Assembly (NCBI RefSeq): GCF_001194135.2
Contig: NC_068990.1
Coordinates: 77,032,286 to 77,087,997, forward strand
Direction: 5' to 3'
Length of the DNA stretch: 55,712 nt
From: Octopus bimaculoides
Lineage: Eukaryota
Positions within the stretch are counted from its first letter, which is position 1, and every line of letters begins with the position of its first letter. This document shows, one piece after another, positions 10,361 to 21,439 of this stretch. Under the pieces are notes generated by a model. The model was not told the DNA's origin. It saw only the letters and a list, made by a program, of their open reading frames with translations, and ran no database searches. The position numbers and the translations under genes are program-made.

Positions 10361-11757
10361 ATGATAAAATATATATCTATCAAAATCCATCACTCAACTG
10401 TCTGAAAAAGACAAATCATGTAAAATACATATTAGACGACGCATTATAACTGAAAACCACATTTTAAATGTTGTCCATTTGAGATGTATCTCGTTCAGTA
10501 CTGTGCTGGTGCTAAGCAGCAACTACAACGATGAGCCAATGCCGTGCCTATGTAATCGTTAAATCTGATTTAGAATTATTTTGATTGACCTCTTATGCGG
10601 TTACAAACCTGTGAAGAAAATTTATTAAAAAAAACTCTTGGACTCTTATTCATCTTTTCCATAATCATTAACCTTTTCAAATTTAAGGAGATTTCAGCAG
10701 ATTTTTATTGTCCTAGACATCAAGTTCATCCTTTATGACCGAATCAAGGATCTACTTCTTTTTGCCCACATTACTAGATTAGTATTTTGGATATAACTTT
10801 CTATGTGTACTCCAGTAAGTAAGGTTGTCCTGAAATTGAAGTTGTGGTCCTATTGGTAAAATCTCAAATTTGTAATACTATAATTGATACTGTTTGCTTT
10901 GCATTAGTAAAGTGTAAAATAGTAAATATCCTGATAACTTGGAATAATTATTNNNNNNNNNNNNNNNNNNNNNNNNNNNNNNNNNNNNNNNNNNNNNNNN
11001 NNNNNNNNNNNNNNNNNNNNNNNNNNNNNNNNNNNNNNNNNNNNNNNNNNNNNNNNNNNNNNNNNNNNNNNNNNNNNNNNNNNNNNNNNNNNNNNNNNNN
11101 NNNNNNNNNNNNNNNNNNNNNNNNNNNNNNNNNNNNNNNNNNNNNNNNNNNNNNNNNNNNNNNNNNNNNNNNNNNNNNNNNNNNNNNNNNNNNNNNNNNN
11201 NNNNNNNNNNNNNNNNNNNNNNNNNNNNNNNNNNNNNNNNNNNNNNNNNNNNNNNNNNNNNNNNNNNNNNNNNNNNNNNNNNNNNNNNNNNNNNNNNNNN
11301 NNNNNNNNNNNNNNNNNNNNNNNNNNNNNNNNNNNNNNNNNNNNNNNNNNNNNNNNNNNNNNNNNNNNNNNNNNNNNNNNNNNNNNNNNNNNNNNNNNNN
11401 NNNNNNNNNNNNNNNNNNNNNNNNNNNNNNNNNNNNNNNNNNNNNNNNNNNNNNNNNNNNNNNNNNNNNNNNNNNNNNNNNNNNNNNNNNNNNNNNNNNN
11501 NNNNNNNNNNNNNNNNNNNNNNNNNNNNNNNNNNNNNNNNNNNNNNNNNNNNNNNNNNNNNNNNNNNNNNNNNNNNNNNNNNNNNNNNNNNNNNNNNNNN
11601 NNNNNNNNNNNNATATGGCCGCTTTCAACTAGTAGATGAATATGACCATCACTAACAAAATATCGTACCTTAGATGTGACAAACAGTAGTTGTTAGCGAT
11701 GCTCATGCTGACAATTGAAGTCAATAACAGCTTGCACACCACCGCTAAGACTCTCAC

Positions 11758-11827
11758 CTACAAAACCAAATAATCCAGAAACAAACAAGAGCAAGATCTT
11801 CGGCCTTCGCAATGTGGAGAGTGTCAT
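11758..11827 (-). CDS. candidate first coding exon encoding a signal-peptide-like sequence (MTLSTLRRPKILLLFVSGLFGFV)
   Basis: ATG at 11827, basic n-region plus hydrophobic h-region, then a phase-1 donor G|gtgaga. No downstream exon could be assigned securely. Confidence 0.2.
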
Positions 11828-12162
11828 TTCGAAATTTCTAAAGAAAATCCAAGGAATTTCTCACTGCCAGTTGTTGTTGACTTTACTGAGTGCTACTGCC
11901 CTTTGACATGATTTATCTTTAATCCTGCCGAGTATACAACGAAAACCATCCCCCTGGGTTGCCATTTTAGTTGCCGACAGCCCGACTGCAGAACAGTTTA
12001 CATGTTACCAGTAGCACTAAGATTAACCTAAGTCATACATGGAAGTCGATCCGTGAACGAGTAAGACCAATTCCTAAACATATTTCCCTCTAAGACAACA
12101 CTTCTCTTCTGGTATCTCCATTGCTGATGACGTCTCATAGCGCTCTCAAAGCATGCAAGTGA

Positions 12163-12375
12163 AGGTGCGTCGCTTAGTGGTTAGGGAGTTAGACTCATGA
12201 TCGTAAATTGCGGTTTCAATTCCTGAATCAGGTGATGCGTTGTGTTTTTGAGCAAAACATTTCATTTTATGTTGCTCCAGTCCACTCAGCTGACAAAAAT
12301 AAATAATCTTGCGACGGATCGGCGTCTCATCCTGCTGAGGAATTTATACGCTAAAGAAACCGGGAAACCGGAAGG
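12163..12375 (+). mobile_element. SINE family C (tail type 1): tRNA-like head, CORE-like segment and V-domain-like segment
   Basis: A-box-like GCTTAGTGG, B-box-like GGTTTCAATTCC, then GTTGTGTTTTTGAGCAAAACA...GTTGCTCCAGTCCACTCAGCTG and CTTGCGACGGATCGGCGTCTCATCC. Reverse-strand copies lie at 17650-17853 and 54345-54580. Confidence 0.8.
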
Positions 12376-12621
12376 TAACTAAAGCATGCAAGGGACTTAG
12401 AAGTCATTCCACACTGATTACAAATCAGTTCTCCTGCAGTAGCAACCCGGCAATTTAGACGTTAGGACCTACAATCCCAACCAATACACTTTGCTTCACA
12501 AGGTACATGAAAGATCATGCTGGATATCGCACTGGTAGACGAGAGCGTCTACGGTACCAAGCTTGTAGCTCGGTAGGCCTACATATATGCATACATATAT
12601 ACATACAGGTCTATTATGTTT

Positions 12622-13054
12622 ACATAATAGACCTGACATAGTAATTTGGGATACAGAAGAGAAACTGTATACAGTTGTGGAAATCTGTTGCCCAGCTGAT
12701 GTAATATAAAGCTAATGATCAACGAAAAAGGAAAATACCTACGCTGAACTATTGAGAAATCTACAGTTACTCTCTCAGTGTGACAAGTTCAGGTTTATAC
12801 CCGTAATTATTGGGGCACTGGGATCACTGGGATATGTAGCACACTGCCTAAGTACCAGTCTTGAGAAATTAGGCTCCTCAAAACCTGAGATGATAAAGCT
12901 GATTTGAAGACTACAGATCTAAGCCATCACTGGAGCTGTAAAATTCCGTAAAACTTGCCAGAAATTTATCATTTAAGTATATATGAACATGTCTAGATAT
13001 GTAACTATATGCATGACAATACATACATGAAACAAAACATATAAATCTGCACAC

Positions 13055-13123
<69 letters not shown>

Positions 13124-13235
13124 TAGGTAGATAGATAGATAGACCGATAGATAGATCGATACATACATACATACATACATACATACATACATACATACAT
13201 ACACACATATATACATACATACAAAAATACCCTGT
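12622..13235 (+). mobile_element. R4/Dong-like RLE retrotransposon 3' fragment (TACA family): endonuclease domain and 3' UTR
   Basis: With frameshifts it translates to HNRPDIVIWDTEEKLYTVVEICCPADV...TYAELLRNLQLL...KFRFIPVIIGALG.LGYVAHCL...LEKLG...RLQI*AITGAVK, containing the PD..E and IPVIIGALG motifs of restriction-like endonucleases. Confidence 0.88.
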
Positions 13236-13660
13236 TGAGAAAGAGGGTGAGAGAGGGAAAGAAATAGAGCGGGGGAAAGAGAAAATTGTAAGTTACCTCT
13301 CTTTTCATTCACTATTTCTAAAGTATATATAAAAAAATAGTACTTCTCTCCATTTCTATGAACAAGTCTCCAAGGCTTTGTTATTGTGTTCGCTGTGATG
13401 CCTACCGTATGTTATGTGAAATCATGGCTGCGTTCTCGCACTGGATATCCCTTTCATGATAACTCTAACATTCCAAATAACATTTCGAATGCAAAGTATA
13501 TTGGCCTGTAAAGCTTGTAAATGTCAGAAACCTTTGAAAAACAATGATGCGCTAGCGATGCACTGGGAAACGCTCACCATCTATACATTTAGCCTTTATT
13601 CTGTTCAGAAGGGGATTAGCTGGAAGGGATATCGAAGAAATATATCTGTACCTGCCTCCA

Positions 13661-13710
<50 letters not shown>

Positions 13711-13720
13711 CATATATGTA

Positions 13721-13810
<90 letters not shown>

Positions 13811-14264
13811 TGTTGCAGGAGCTTAATAGTATTCTGTTCTGTATTTAAGATCGATAGAAATGTTGCTGTGCAGCTCTAAAAAGTAAACACATCAAAGTTA
13901 AGATTTTGTTTGTGTGACCAAATATGACTCTTGTTTCTCTGTGCTTCGTGAGGGAGCATTTTACTATATAATGCATCAACTCCTGTTTGTCTGTCTGATT
14001 GGCTGACTGATCGTCTGTGTGTCTCACTCTTTCTTTGCCGTTAAAGTGTATAACAGAATTGATTAAATACAAATATAGCTCAACATGACAAGTATAGTAA
14101 TTTTCTGTATTTATATCATTAATTTGCAGAATCATTCGCAATTATATTTATAAAAAAAAAAAAATTTGGTTCCATTCGTAAATCTGATGTCTTTATTGTT
14201 GCTGTCCTTGTTGTTATTGCGTAACTCTCAGATAGACATCACTGACTGTACATTCTGTCATAAT

Positions 14265-14935
14265 TCTTTCAATTACAGGCACAAGGCCTGAAATTTTGGG
14301 GGCGGGGATAGTCGAATAGATCGACCCCAACGCTCAGCTGATACTTATCTTATCGACCCCAAAACAAGTGGAAGGCAAATGTCGGCCTTGGTGTCCTTTG
14401 AACTCAGAATATAAAACCGGAAGAAATGCCGCTAAGCATTTTGTCCGGAATGCTAACGACTCCCCAGCTCACCACCTTTTTTCTTAAAAATGTGTGACAG
14501 GTGAAGCTAATATTCTTTTCTTTCTACAACAGGTACAAGGTTTGACATTTGGGCGGAGGTGGCTAGTCGTTTACGTTGACAACACTGCTCGACTGGTTAT
14601 TTATATCATCGATCCCGACTGGATGAAAAGCAAAGTCGCTCACGGCGGAATTTGAACGCAGAATATAAAGCCCAAAGAAATATCACTAAGCATTTTGTCC
14701 GGTAGGCGTGCTAACAATTATTTTCTACTATGGGAACAAGGCCTGAAGTTTGGGAGAGGGGGACTAGTCGATTAATTCGATCCCAGTGTTTCACTGGTAC
14801 TTAATTTATCATACCCCGAAAGGGTGAAAGGCAAAGTCGACCTCGGTAGGATTTGAACTCAGAACGTAGCGGCAGGCGAAATACCGTTAAGCATTTCGCC
14901 CGGCGTGCTAACGATTTTGCCTGCTCGCCGCCTTA
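14265..14935 (-). mobile_element. three head-to-tail SINE-A copies
   Basis: Units at ~14265-14480, 14520-14720 and 14725-14935, each running GGCACAAGGCCTGAA...GTCGA...GAACTCAGAA...GCTAACGA...CTCGCCGCCTT. Confidence 0.9.
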
Positions 14936-15052
14936 ACAAGAACAATAATAATAATAAACGATTGAACGACAAAGCGCTACTCACACAACCAACACAGAAC
15001 CCAACGATATCCGTCTAAATCAATGGTTCTCAAGTGGTGGCTCCGTCTATCT

Positions 15053-15402
15053 CAGTGGTTCTCAACTGGGGTAAATATGGCCCCTGAAGATCCATAAAAG
15101 ATTTTTGAGAGTCCACGTAATAAAATAGTAAATCGGGGATCCACAATACTATTTTAAGGACCCCTGAAAATATTTTGCTTTATATGTATGTATTGGTATG
15201 TATTGCAGGAAACAGCTAGGTTTCTTGATCTAACCTTTTACGTAGTTCAACCTAGTGAAGTTAATGCATGAAAAACAAAATAGGAATTTTGTAGGATGTT
15301 TCTCTCAAACTAGCTTTTAAACATCGAATGGTTACGGGGGTCCACCAGGATAAAATAGTAAACAAAGGGGTCCATACATAAAGAAATAGTTGAGAACCCC
15401 TG
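15053..15402 (+). mobile_element. hAT (Buster-type) MITE with TIRs and 8-bp TSD
   Basis: TIRs CAGTGGTTCTCAAC and GTTGAGAACCCCTG; flanks GTCTATCT (15045-15052) and GTCTAACT (15403-15410), a 7/8 match with nnnTAnnn pattern. Confidence 0.88.
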
Positions 15403-15466
15403 GTCTAACTGAAGGTTCTACTATTCACTCAAGTATGCTCTAACTGTACAGAATGCAGCTTCTTAT

Positions 15467-15700
15467 TAGGCGGCGAGCTGGTAGAAACGTTAGCACGCTG
15501 GACGAAATGCTTCGCAGTATTTCGTCTGCCGTTACATTCTGAGTTCAAATTCCGCCGAGGTCGACTTTGCCTCTCATCCTTTCGTGGTCGATAAATTAAA
15601 TACCTGTTACGCGCTGGAGTCGATGTAATCGACTTAATCCCTTCGTCTGTCTTTGTTTGTCCCCTCTATCTTTAGCCCCTTGTGGGCAATAAAGAAATAA
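15467..15700 (+). mobile_element. SINE family A, near full length
   Basis: GGCGGCGAGCTGGTAGAAACGTTAGCACG...GAGTTCAAATTCCGCCGAGGTCGACTTTGCCTCTCATCCTTTCG. Confidence 0.92.
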
Positions 15701-15934
15701 AAATGCAGCTTCTTGACATATTTCATTCCCTACATTCTGAAGTTTATTTTGCATAACTTTACATTCGGGAGGGACTCACAGGAAAGACGAACAAGTGAGG
15801 TTTAGTCAGAGCACCACAGTTGTACTTCTTCAGCATTGCTGATGCTGTGCATCCTAATACAGTGATTTTAACCAGTGATGCTATGGATTTTGTGCTGTTA
15901 TTGTATGAATGTATATCTTATGTTTGTTTTCCCT

Positions 15935-16100
15935 TGGCTGAGTGGGTGAGGCTTAAGAAGCTCGCTTTGCAACCACGTGGTTTCAGGTTCAGTTGCACTG
16001 TGCGACACCTTGGGCAAGTGTCTTCTATTATAACCGCAAGCCAACCAATGCCTTCCGAGTGGATTTCGTAGACGGAAACTATGTGGAAGCCCGTCGTACA
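15935..16100 (+). mobile_element. SINE family B, 5' half
   Basis: tRNA-like head plus CORE-like CACCTTGGGCAAGTGTCTTC. Confidence 0.85.
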
Positions 16101-17521
16101 TATGTATGTATGTATGTATGTATCTATCTATCTATCTATCTATCTATCTGCTGATGATAGTCCGACCTTTTGTGAGATATATAATTTTTATCTTACTAAA
16201 ATTGACTTGAAACCATGGTACAGAATATAGATTGGTAAATGTTTTTATTTTTCATTCCCTTTCGAAATTATCCCTACTTTTTGTGGTATGTAGTCTTGCT
16301 GCTATTTCTAGCGGGTTAGATGTCCTATTACAGGCATCTCTGTATTTTAAATGAATAATACATAGTCTATTGACTGTTTTTTTACCCTCGCTAGACCACT
16401 GGTGGTAAATAAAATTTNNNNNNNNNNNNNNNNNNNNNNNNNNNNNNNNNNNNNNNNNNNNNNNNNNNNNNNNNNNNNNNNNNNNNNNNNNNNNNNNNNN
16501 NNNNNNNNNNNNNNNNNNNNNNNNNNNNNNNNNNNNNNNNNNNNNNNNNNNNNNNNNNNNNNNNNNNNNNNNNNNNNNNNNNNNNNNNNNNNNNNNNNNN
16601 NNNNNNNNNNNNNNNNNNNNNNNNNNNNNNNNNNNNNNNNNNNNNNNNNNNNNNNNNNNNNNNNNNNNNNNNNNNNNNNNNNNNNNNNNNNNNNNNNNNN
16701 NNNNNNNNNNNNNNNNNNNNNNNNNNNNNNNNNNNNNNNNNNNNNNNNNNNNNNNNNNNNNNNNNNNNNNNNNNNNNNNNNNNNNNNNNNNNNNNNNNNN
16801 NNNNNNNNNNNNNNNNNNNNNNNNNNNNNNNNNNNNNNNNNNNNNNNNNNNNNNNNNNNNNNNNNNNNNNNNNNNNNNNNNNNNNNNNNNNNNNNNNNNN
16901 NNNNNNNNNNNNNNNNNNNNNNNNNNNNNNNNNNNNNNNNNNNNNNNNNNNNNNNNNNNNNNNNNNNNNNNNNNNNNNNNNNNNNNNNNNNNNNNNNNNN
17001 NNNNNNNNNNNNNNNNNNNNNNNNNNNNNNNNNNNNNNNNNNNNNNNNNNNNNNNNNNNNNNNNNNNNNNNNNNNNNNNNNNNNNNNNNNNNNNNNNNNN
17101 NNNNNNNNNNNNNNNNNNNNNNNNNNNNNNNNNNNNNNNNNNNNNNNNNNNNNNNNNNNNNNNNNNNNNNNNNNNNNNNNNNNNNNNNNNNNNNNNNNNN
17201 NNNNNNNNNNNNNNNNNNNNNNNNNNNNNNNNNNNNNNNNNNNNNNNNNNNNNNNNNNNNNNNNNNNNNNNNNNTGTACGCTCATATGTGTGCACGCACT
17301 TATGTGTTCGTGCTGATATGTAAGTATGTGCGTCCATATGTGTGTTTGTAACAATTTCGTTTATATCAGATCAGATAGAGACTTTTTAATTAATTTATTT
17401 ACGTTCATATTCCGCATCATATGTGTGAACAACACATGCAACCATGGGCAATTGTAAGGCCCTCATCTACGTGTATTTGGTGTTCAAAATTGGTTGCGTT
17501 TCAGTTATGAGGACCGACTCC

Positions 17522-17552
<31 letters not shown>

Positions 17553-17649
17553 CTTTATGACTGCATCGACCAGACAATCGGATTTTACTATACACCGCTG
17601 GGCTTGTCATAGAGTGCTTCACCTCATTGTTGTAGCTTTCGTACGATGC

Positions 17650-17853
17650 CACTTCGCTGGCCAGGCGGGCAGGCTAACGTTCTTCCTTATCGGAATGCTA
17701 GGCCGTTGCAGAGTTACCATTTACAACTGAGTCGTCAGAGCAACATATGAAATGAAGTGTTTTGCTCTCAAGAACAAAGCGCACGACCGGTCTGGGAATG
17801 GAAACCAGGGTCTTGCGATCGTGAGTGCAACAGTTTAACTACTAGGCTAGGCG
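17650..17853 (-). mobile_element. SINE family C (diverged)
   Basis: GAGCAACATATGAAATGAAGTGTTTTGCTC.CAAGAACA...GAAACCAGGGTCTTGCGATCGTGAG is the reverse complement of the family C head and core. Confidence 0.75.
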
Positions 17854-17874
17854 ATTATGATTTTTATGACATGG

Positions 17875-17906
<32 letters not shown>

Positions 17907-18624
17907 GCTGGTGTTACTACTGCTGCCGAATATTTTTCCTAATGCTTTACTACTATACAGCGTTTTATGGTTTATGTTGAATGCAAATATTTGGTAGTTT
18001 CATGTTTTGCTATGATTTATTTATTTATGTCTTTCTTTAGTTGCTTGATGCGTTTTATTGAGCTTCTGTATGGCTTTGATGTATTTTATTCAAGGAAAAC
18101 TCTGTTCTGAATGAGGCCGACTATTTCTGATGTGTAATTGGGGTCATATTCTTTTAATGTTGCATTGTGAAATATGCTTTCAGATTCGTCTATAACTATT
18201 TTGCTGAGTATATATATGTACTGTAGTGCCAGTGTCCAAGGTTGGTGGCTGTAGTTAATGTAGAATTCTGAAAAACCCTGATTCCGTTTTTTGATAGGAC
18301 TCGTTCCGTTTTGCTTGATAATTTTGAAGCTTCTAAAAGCACGTTATTTTCTTTATTATTTGTTTGCTTGGTTGTGTGTATATGTGTGTATGTGTATGTG
18401 TGTGCGTGTGTGCGTGCGCGTACACGCGGCCATGCGTTCATGCGTACGCGAGTGTGTGTTGTGACAACAGTTGTTAGGTAGTGTGGTTGTATTGTAAGAC
18501 GTTTGCGTACCAACCACAAAGCGTCTTGAGCAAGTGTCTTTTACTATTGACTCGAGCCGACCACAGCGTTGTGAGTAGATTTTCTAGGCGGAAACCGGAA
18601 GAATCCCGCCGTACATATGTATGT

Positions 18625-19190
18625 AAGTATGTATGTGCAGATTTGTAGGTTTTATGTATGTATTCTTATGCATATAATTGCATATCTAGCTTTCTCTTTT
18701 CTGGTTTTGAGAAATCTAATTTGTCAAGATTGGCGTTTAGGCAGTGTGCTACATATCCCAGTGTCCTAATAATTACAGGTATAAACCTGAACTTGTAACC
18801 TGGATAGAGTAACTGTAGATTTCTCAGCGTAGGTATTTTCTTTTTCAATGATGTTTAACTTTATGTTAATATCCGCTGAGCAGCTGATTTCCACAACCGT
18901 ACACAGTTTCTCATATGCATGCATGCATGCATGTATGTATGGATGGATGTATGTATGTATGTATGTATGTTATTGTTCAGTTTTATTTCAAGGTTTCTTG
19001 CTAATAGAGAAAGAGCCGGTTTCTAACCTAGATTCAAGGCTCCTGGGAAAATGTTTTTACAGATTTTTACAGTTCCAGTGATGGATTGGATCTGTAGTCT
19101 TCGAATTAGCTTTCTCCTTTCTGGTTTTGAGAAGCCTAATTTCTCAAGATTGGTATTTAGGCAGTGTGTTACATATCCCAGAGCCCCAAT
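18625..19190 (-). mobile_element. two internally deleted R4/Dong-like RLE fragments (TACA family): 18625-18845 and 18970-19190
   Basis: Translate to LRNLQLLYPGYKFRFIPVIIRTLGYVAHCLNANLDKLDFSKPEKRKL and IGALGYVTHCLNTNLEKLGFSKPERRKLIRRLQIQSITGTVKICK, homologous to 12622-12975. The second ends in (TACA)n. Confidence 0.88.
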
Positions 19191-20918
19191 GTTTGTCTGT
19201 CTTGTTTTTATTGGTAGTGAAGCAGAGAAAAAAAACTCTTCCCTCAAATCACCTTCATGCTCAAAGCGCACATGCACCATCAAAACTGCCTGATTAGCAA
19301 AGGCTGTACATTCATCAAGCTGCAAAGAAAAGTACTTCGCTAATTTAATCTGTCATATAAGCTGATCTTCCATATCGTGAGCCATATCATGAATTCACCG
19401 AGCTATAGTGTCGTTTGAAAGTGGCACCTGATCCACTTTCTTTGGCGCCGGCTCGCCTAGCATTTCCATGCAGACATCTTGAATACAGCCTATCACTAGC
19501 ATCTCACCGATTGTGTATGGCTTTTTATAAGAAGCTCGCAAAGCACAATTATTTATGTGTGATACTTCAAAAATCTGTTTCTGACTGCCTTTTAAATCAA
19601 CATGCTTTCCTTCAAAGAACTCTTTTGGCTTTGAACTCATTTCTTTATGTTTTGTATTTAAATGTCTCTTGAGATTTGATGGCTTCATTGAGTCTTTAGC
19701 CAACACATCTCCACAAATAACAAACTGCGGTTTTTGCGCTCCCCCATCATTCGTGGCTACAAAAGGGAATTGAATGTATGAGGAGTCATATTTCCGAGTG
19801 AAGCTAGTACGAATTCTTTTTGTCGGCAATACTTCGGTTTCATTTACATCGCCGTCTTCTGATTCAATATCGCGTTCAGCAACCGGATGTCTCGGCTTGA
19901 TAAATATGTCCATAGGGCCTCGCTTCACCATCTGTAAATTAAGGATAAAAGTAATTAATATTGTCGCAAATATTCGAGTGTTTCTATTACTTTATTTTAT
20001 TTCGTGAAGGTAATTAGTTTTTTTCTTTAATTCTTTTTAACGGAAGAAAACATTTTCCATGCGTAACAATTATAATTGAAATTTTTTCTTCATTTTTTTT
20101 GTGTGTTAAAAAGAAAATTATTATTCTGGTATAATCTCTGGAATTTGGTGAACGCGTTGTTCTTAAATTGTATTTAAAAATTAATGTTTGATATTTCTTT
20201 AATGTAATAATAATAAAGAAGCCATTTGCGTATTATTAAAGGACCACAATAACAATACACTTGCCCTGATTAACTTTTTTTCAGCAACTTGAGAAAACAG
20301 AACCGGTAGGTAAGGAATTTAGTTAATTAAGATTTTTTTTTTGTTCTCATGATTTTAGTTAAAATTTATTATTATAATATTAGAAACAGGATAAAAAGGG
20401 GAAAGTTAAGATTATTCGTACTTACATTCACAGATCAGTAGGTTATGACAGGGCCCCAAATGACAAACGCGCAGATATCCGTATGATGTTCTCTGTTCAA
20501 CTTCTACATGGTAACTGCAGGTGACCAGCCTATTTACAAGGTTACCAGATATCGCCACTCACCAGAGCTCCACTACCTCAAATCCACTCCCTTTTGATTT
20601 CTCCACATCGCTAGAAACAATTTCCTTTTTACAAGCGCAAGAAACTAATATAATCTTAATACTACATCAGTATGCTATGGTAAATAGAAAATATATTGTC
20701 GCATCACAAATATGCTACATTTACTTACATAATCTTTACCACGGTCGGTGAGTACCATGCTCCACCGGCCAGCTGATAAGTTGTTTCCTGCAGTGCATAA
20801 GCCGAAATTACTGAAATCATGCTATTGTTTCTTTCTTTTCTAGAAACTCACTGCGTACCGGCAGCTGATGGCTCGCGGACCGGCACCGGTCCGCAGACCA
20901 CCACTTTGAGTAGCACTG
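19191..20918 (-). mobile_element. 5' half of a Buster-type hAT transposon (ZBED5/SCAND3-like transposase relic)
   Basis: ORF 19395-19931 has a decayed BED finger (RKYDSSYIQF.F...KPQFVICGDVLAKDSMKPSNLKRHLNTKH) and KKPYTIGEMLV...VPLSNDTIAR, continuing after a frameshift as QLDECTAFANQAVLMVHVRF. The terminus CAGTGCTACTCAAAGTGGTGGTCTGCGGACC is flanked by ATCTAGAT (nnnTAnnn). Confidence 0.93.
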
Positions 20919-21056
20919 ATCTAGATGACTCTAAGCGGTTGGTATACACTGAAGCATTAGGGAAATCTCATCGGTACCTGTCAGACAGTTAGAACTGGCT
21001 GATCAAATGCTAGAGGCTTTTACGCCCCCGCTCTTATCAGCTACTCCAACACAATC

Positions 21057-21275
21057 CTAGCATTGGTCCAAGATTCCGTTCCAGTCTCCCACTAACAATG
21101 AAGGGCGAGACGTGCCTAGAAAGGCTTCCAGACGCGTAAAGAAATCCGGCCGTTTGTTTCCGATAGGGACGTAGACAACAACAACAACAACAACAACAAT
21201 TTCAGTGACACTAGCGAAAATGTCAATGACTTCCAAAATATAATCGCTCGACCGTCGAAAAATAGCAGCCAAACT
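21057..21275 (-). mobile_element. L1/Tx1-clade LINE apurinic endonuclease fragment
   Basis: Translates to VVYVPIGNKRPDFFTRLEAFLGTSRPSLLVGDWNGILD, matching the vYaP...FF..L...L.GD(F/W)N APE motif. Confidence 0.75.
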
Positions 21276-21439
21276 TCCCTGAAATCATGCCCAATCTTCT
21301 GAAGGGCACATTGGGTGAAGTAGGACTAGTTAGACATACACACTGTATATGAAAAATGACGATCGATGGTTACGATCTATGGTTTGTTAGATCAAGGCTG
21401 ACACGGGAGTGAACAATACTCCACGACTACTACCAAAAG

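Noticed and set aside
10717-10814. Well-bounded + strand exon-like segment; similar cases at 26876-26944 and 39712-39780
   Set aside because: All three frames are closed. I considered recoding of TAA by editing, but the stop frequency is compatible with chance in AT-rich DNA.
12163-12240. tRNA-like sequences with A/B boxes at many positions
   Set aside because: All are SINE heads continuing into SINE bodies; none forms a complete cloverleaf tRNA gene.
13490-13580. [21 protein letters not shown] resembling a C2H2 zinc finger
   Set aside because: Cys/His spacing is wrong, there is no second His or TGEKP linker, and there are no neighbouring fingers.
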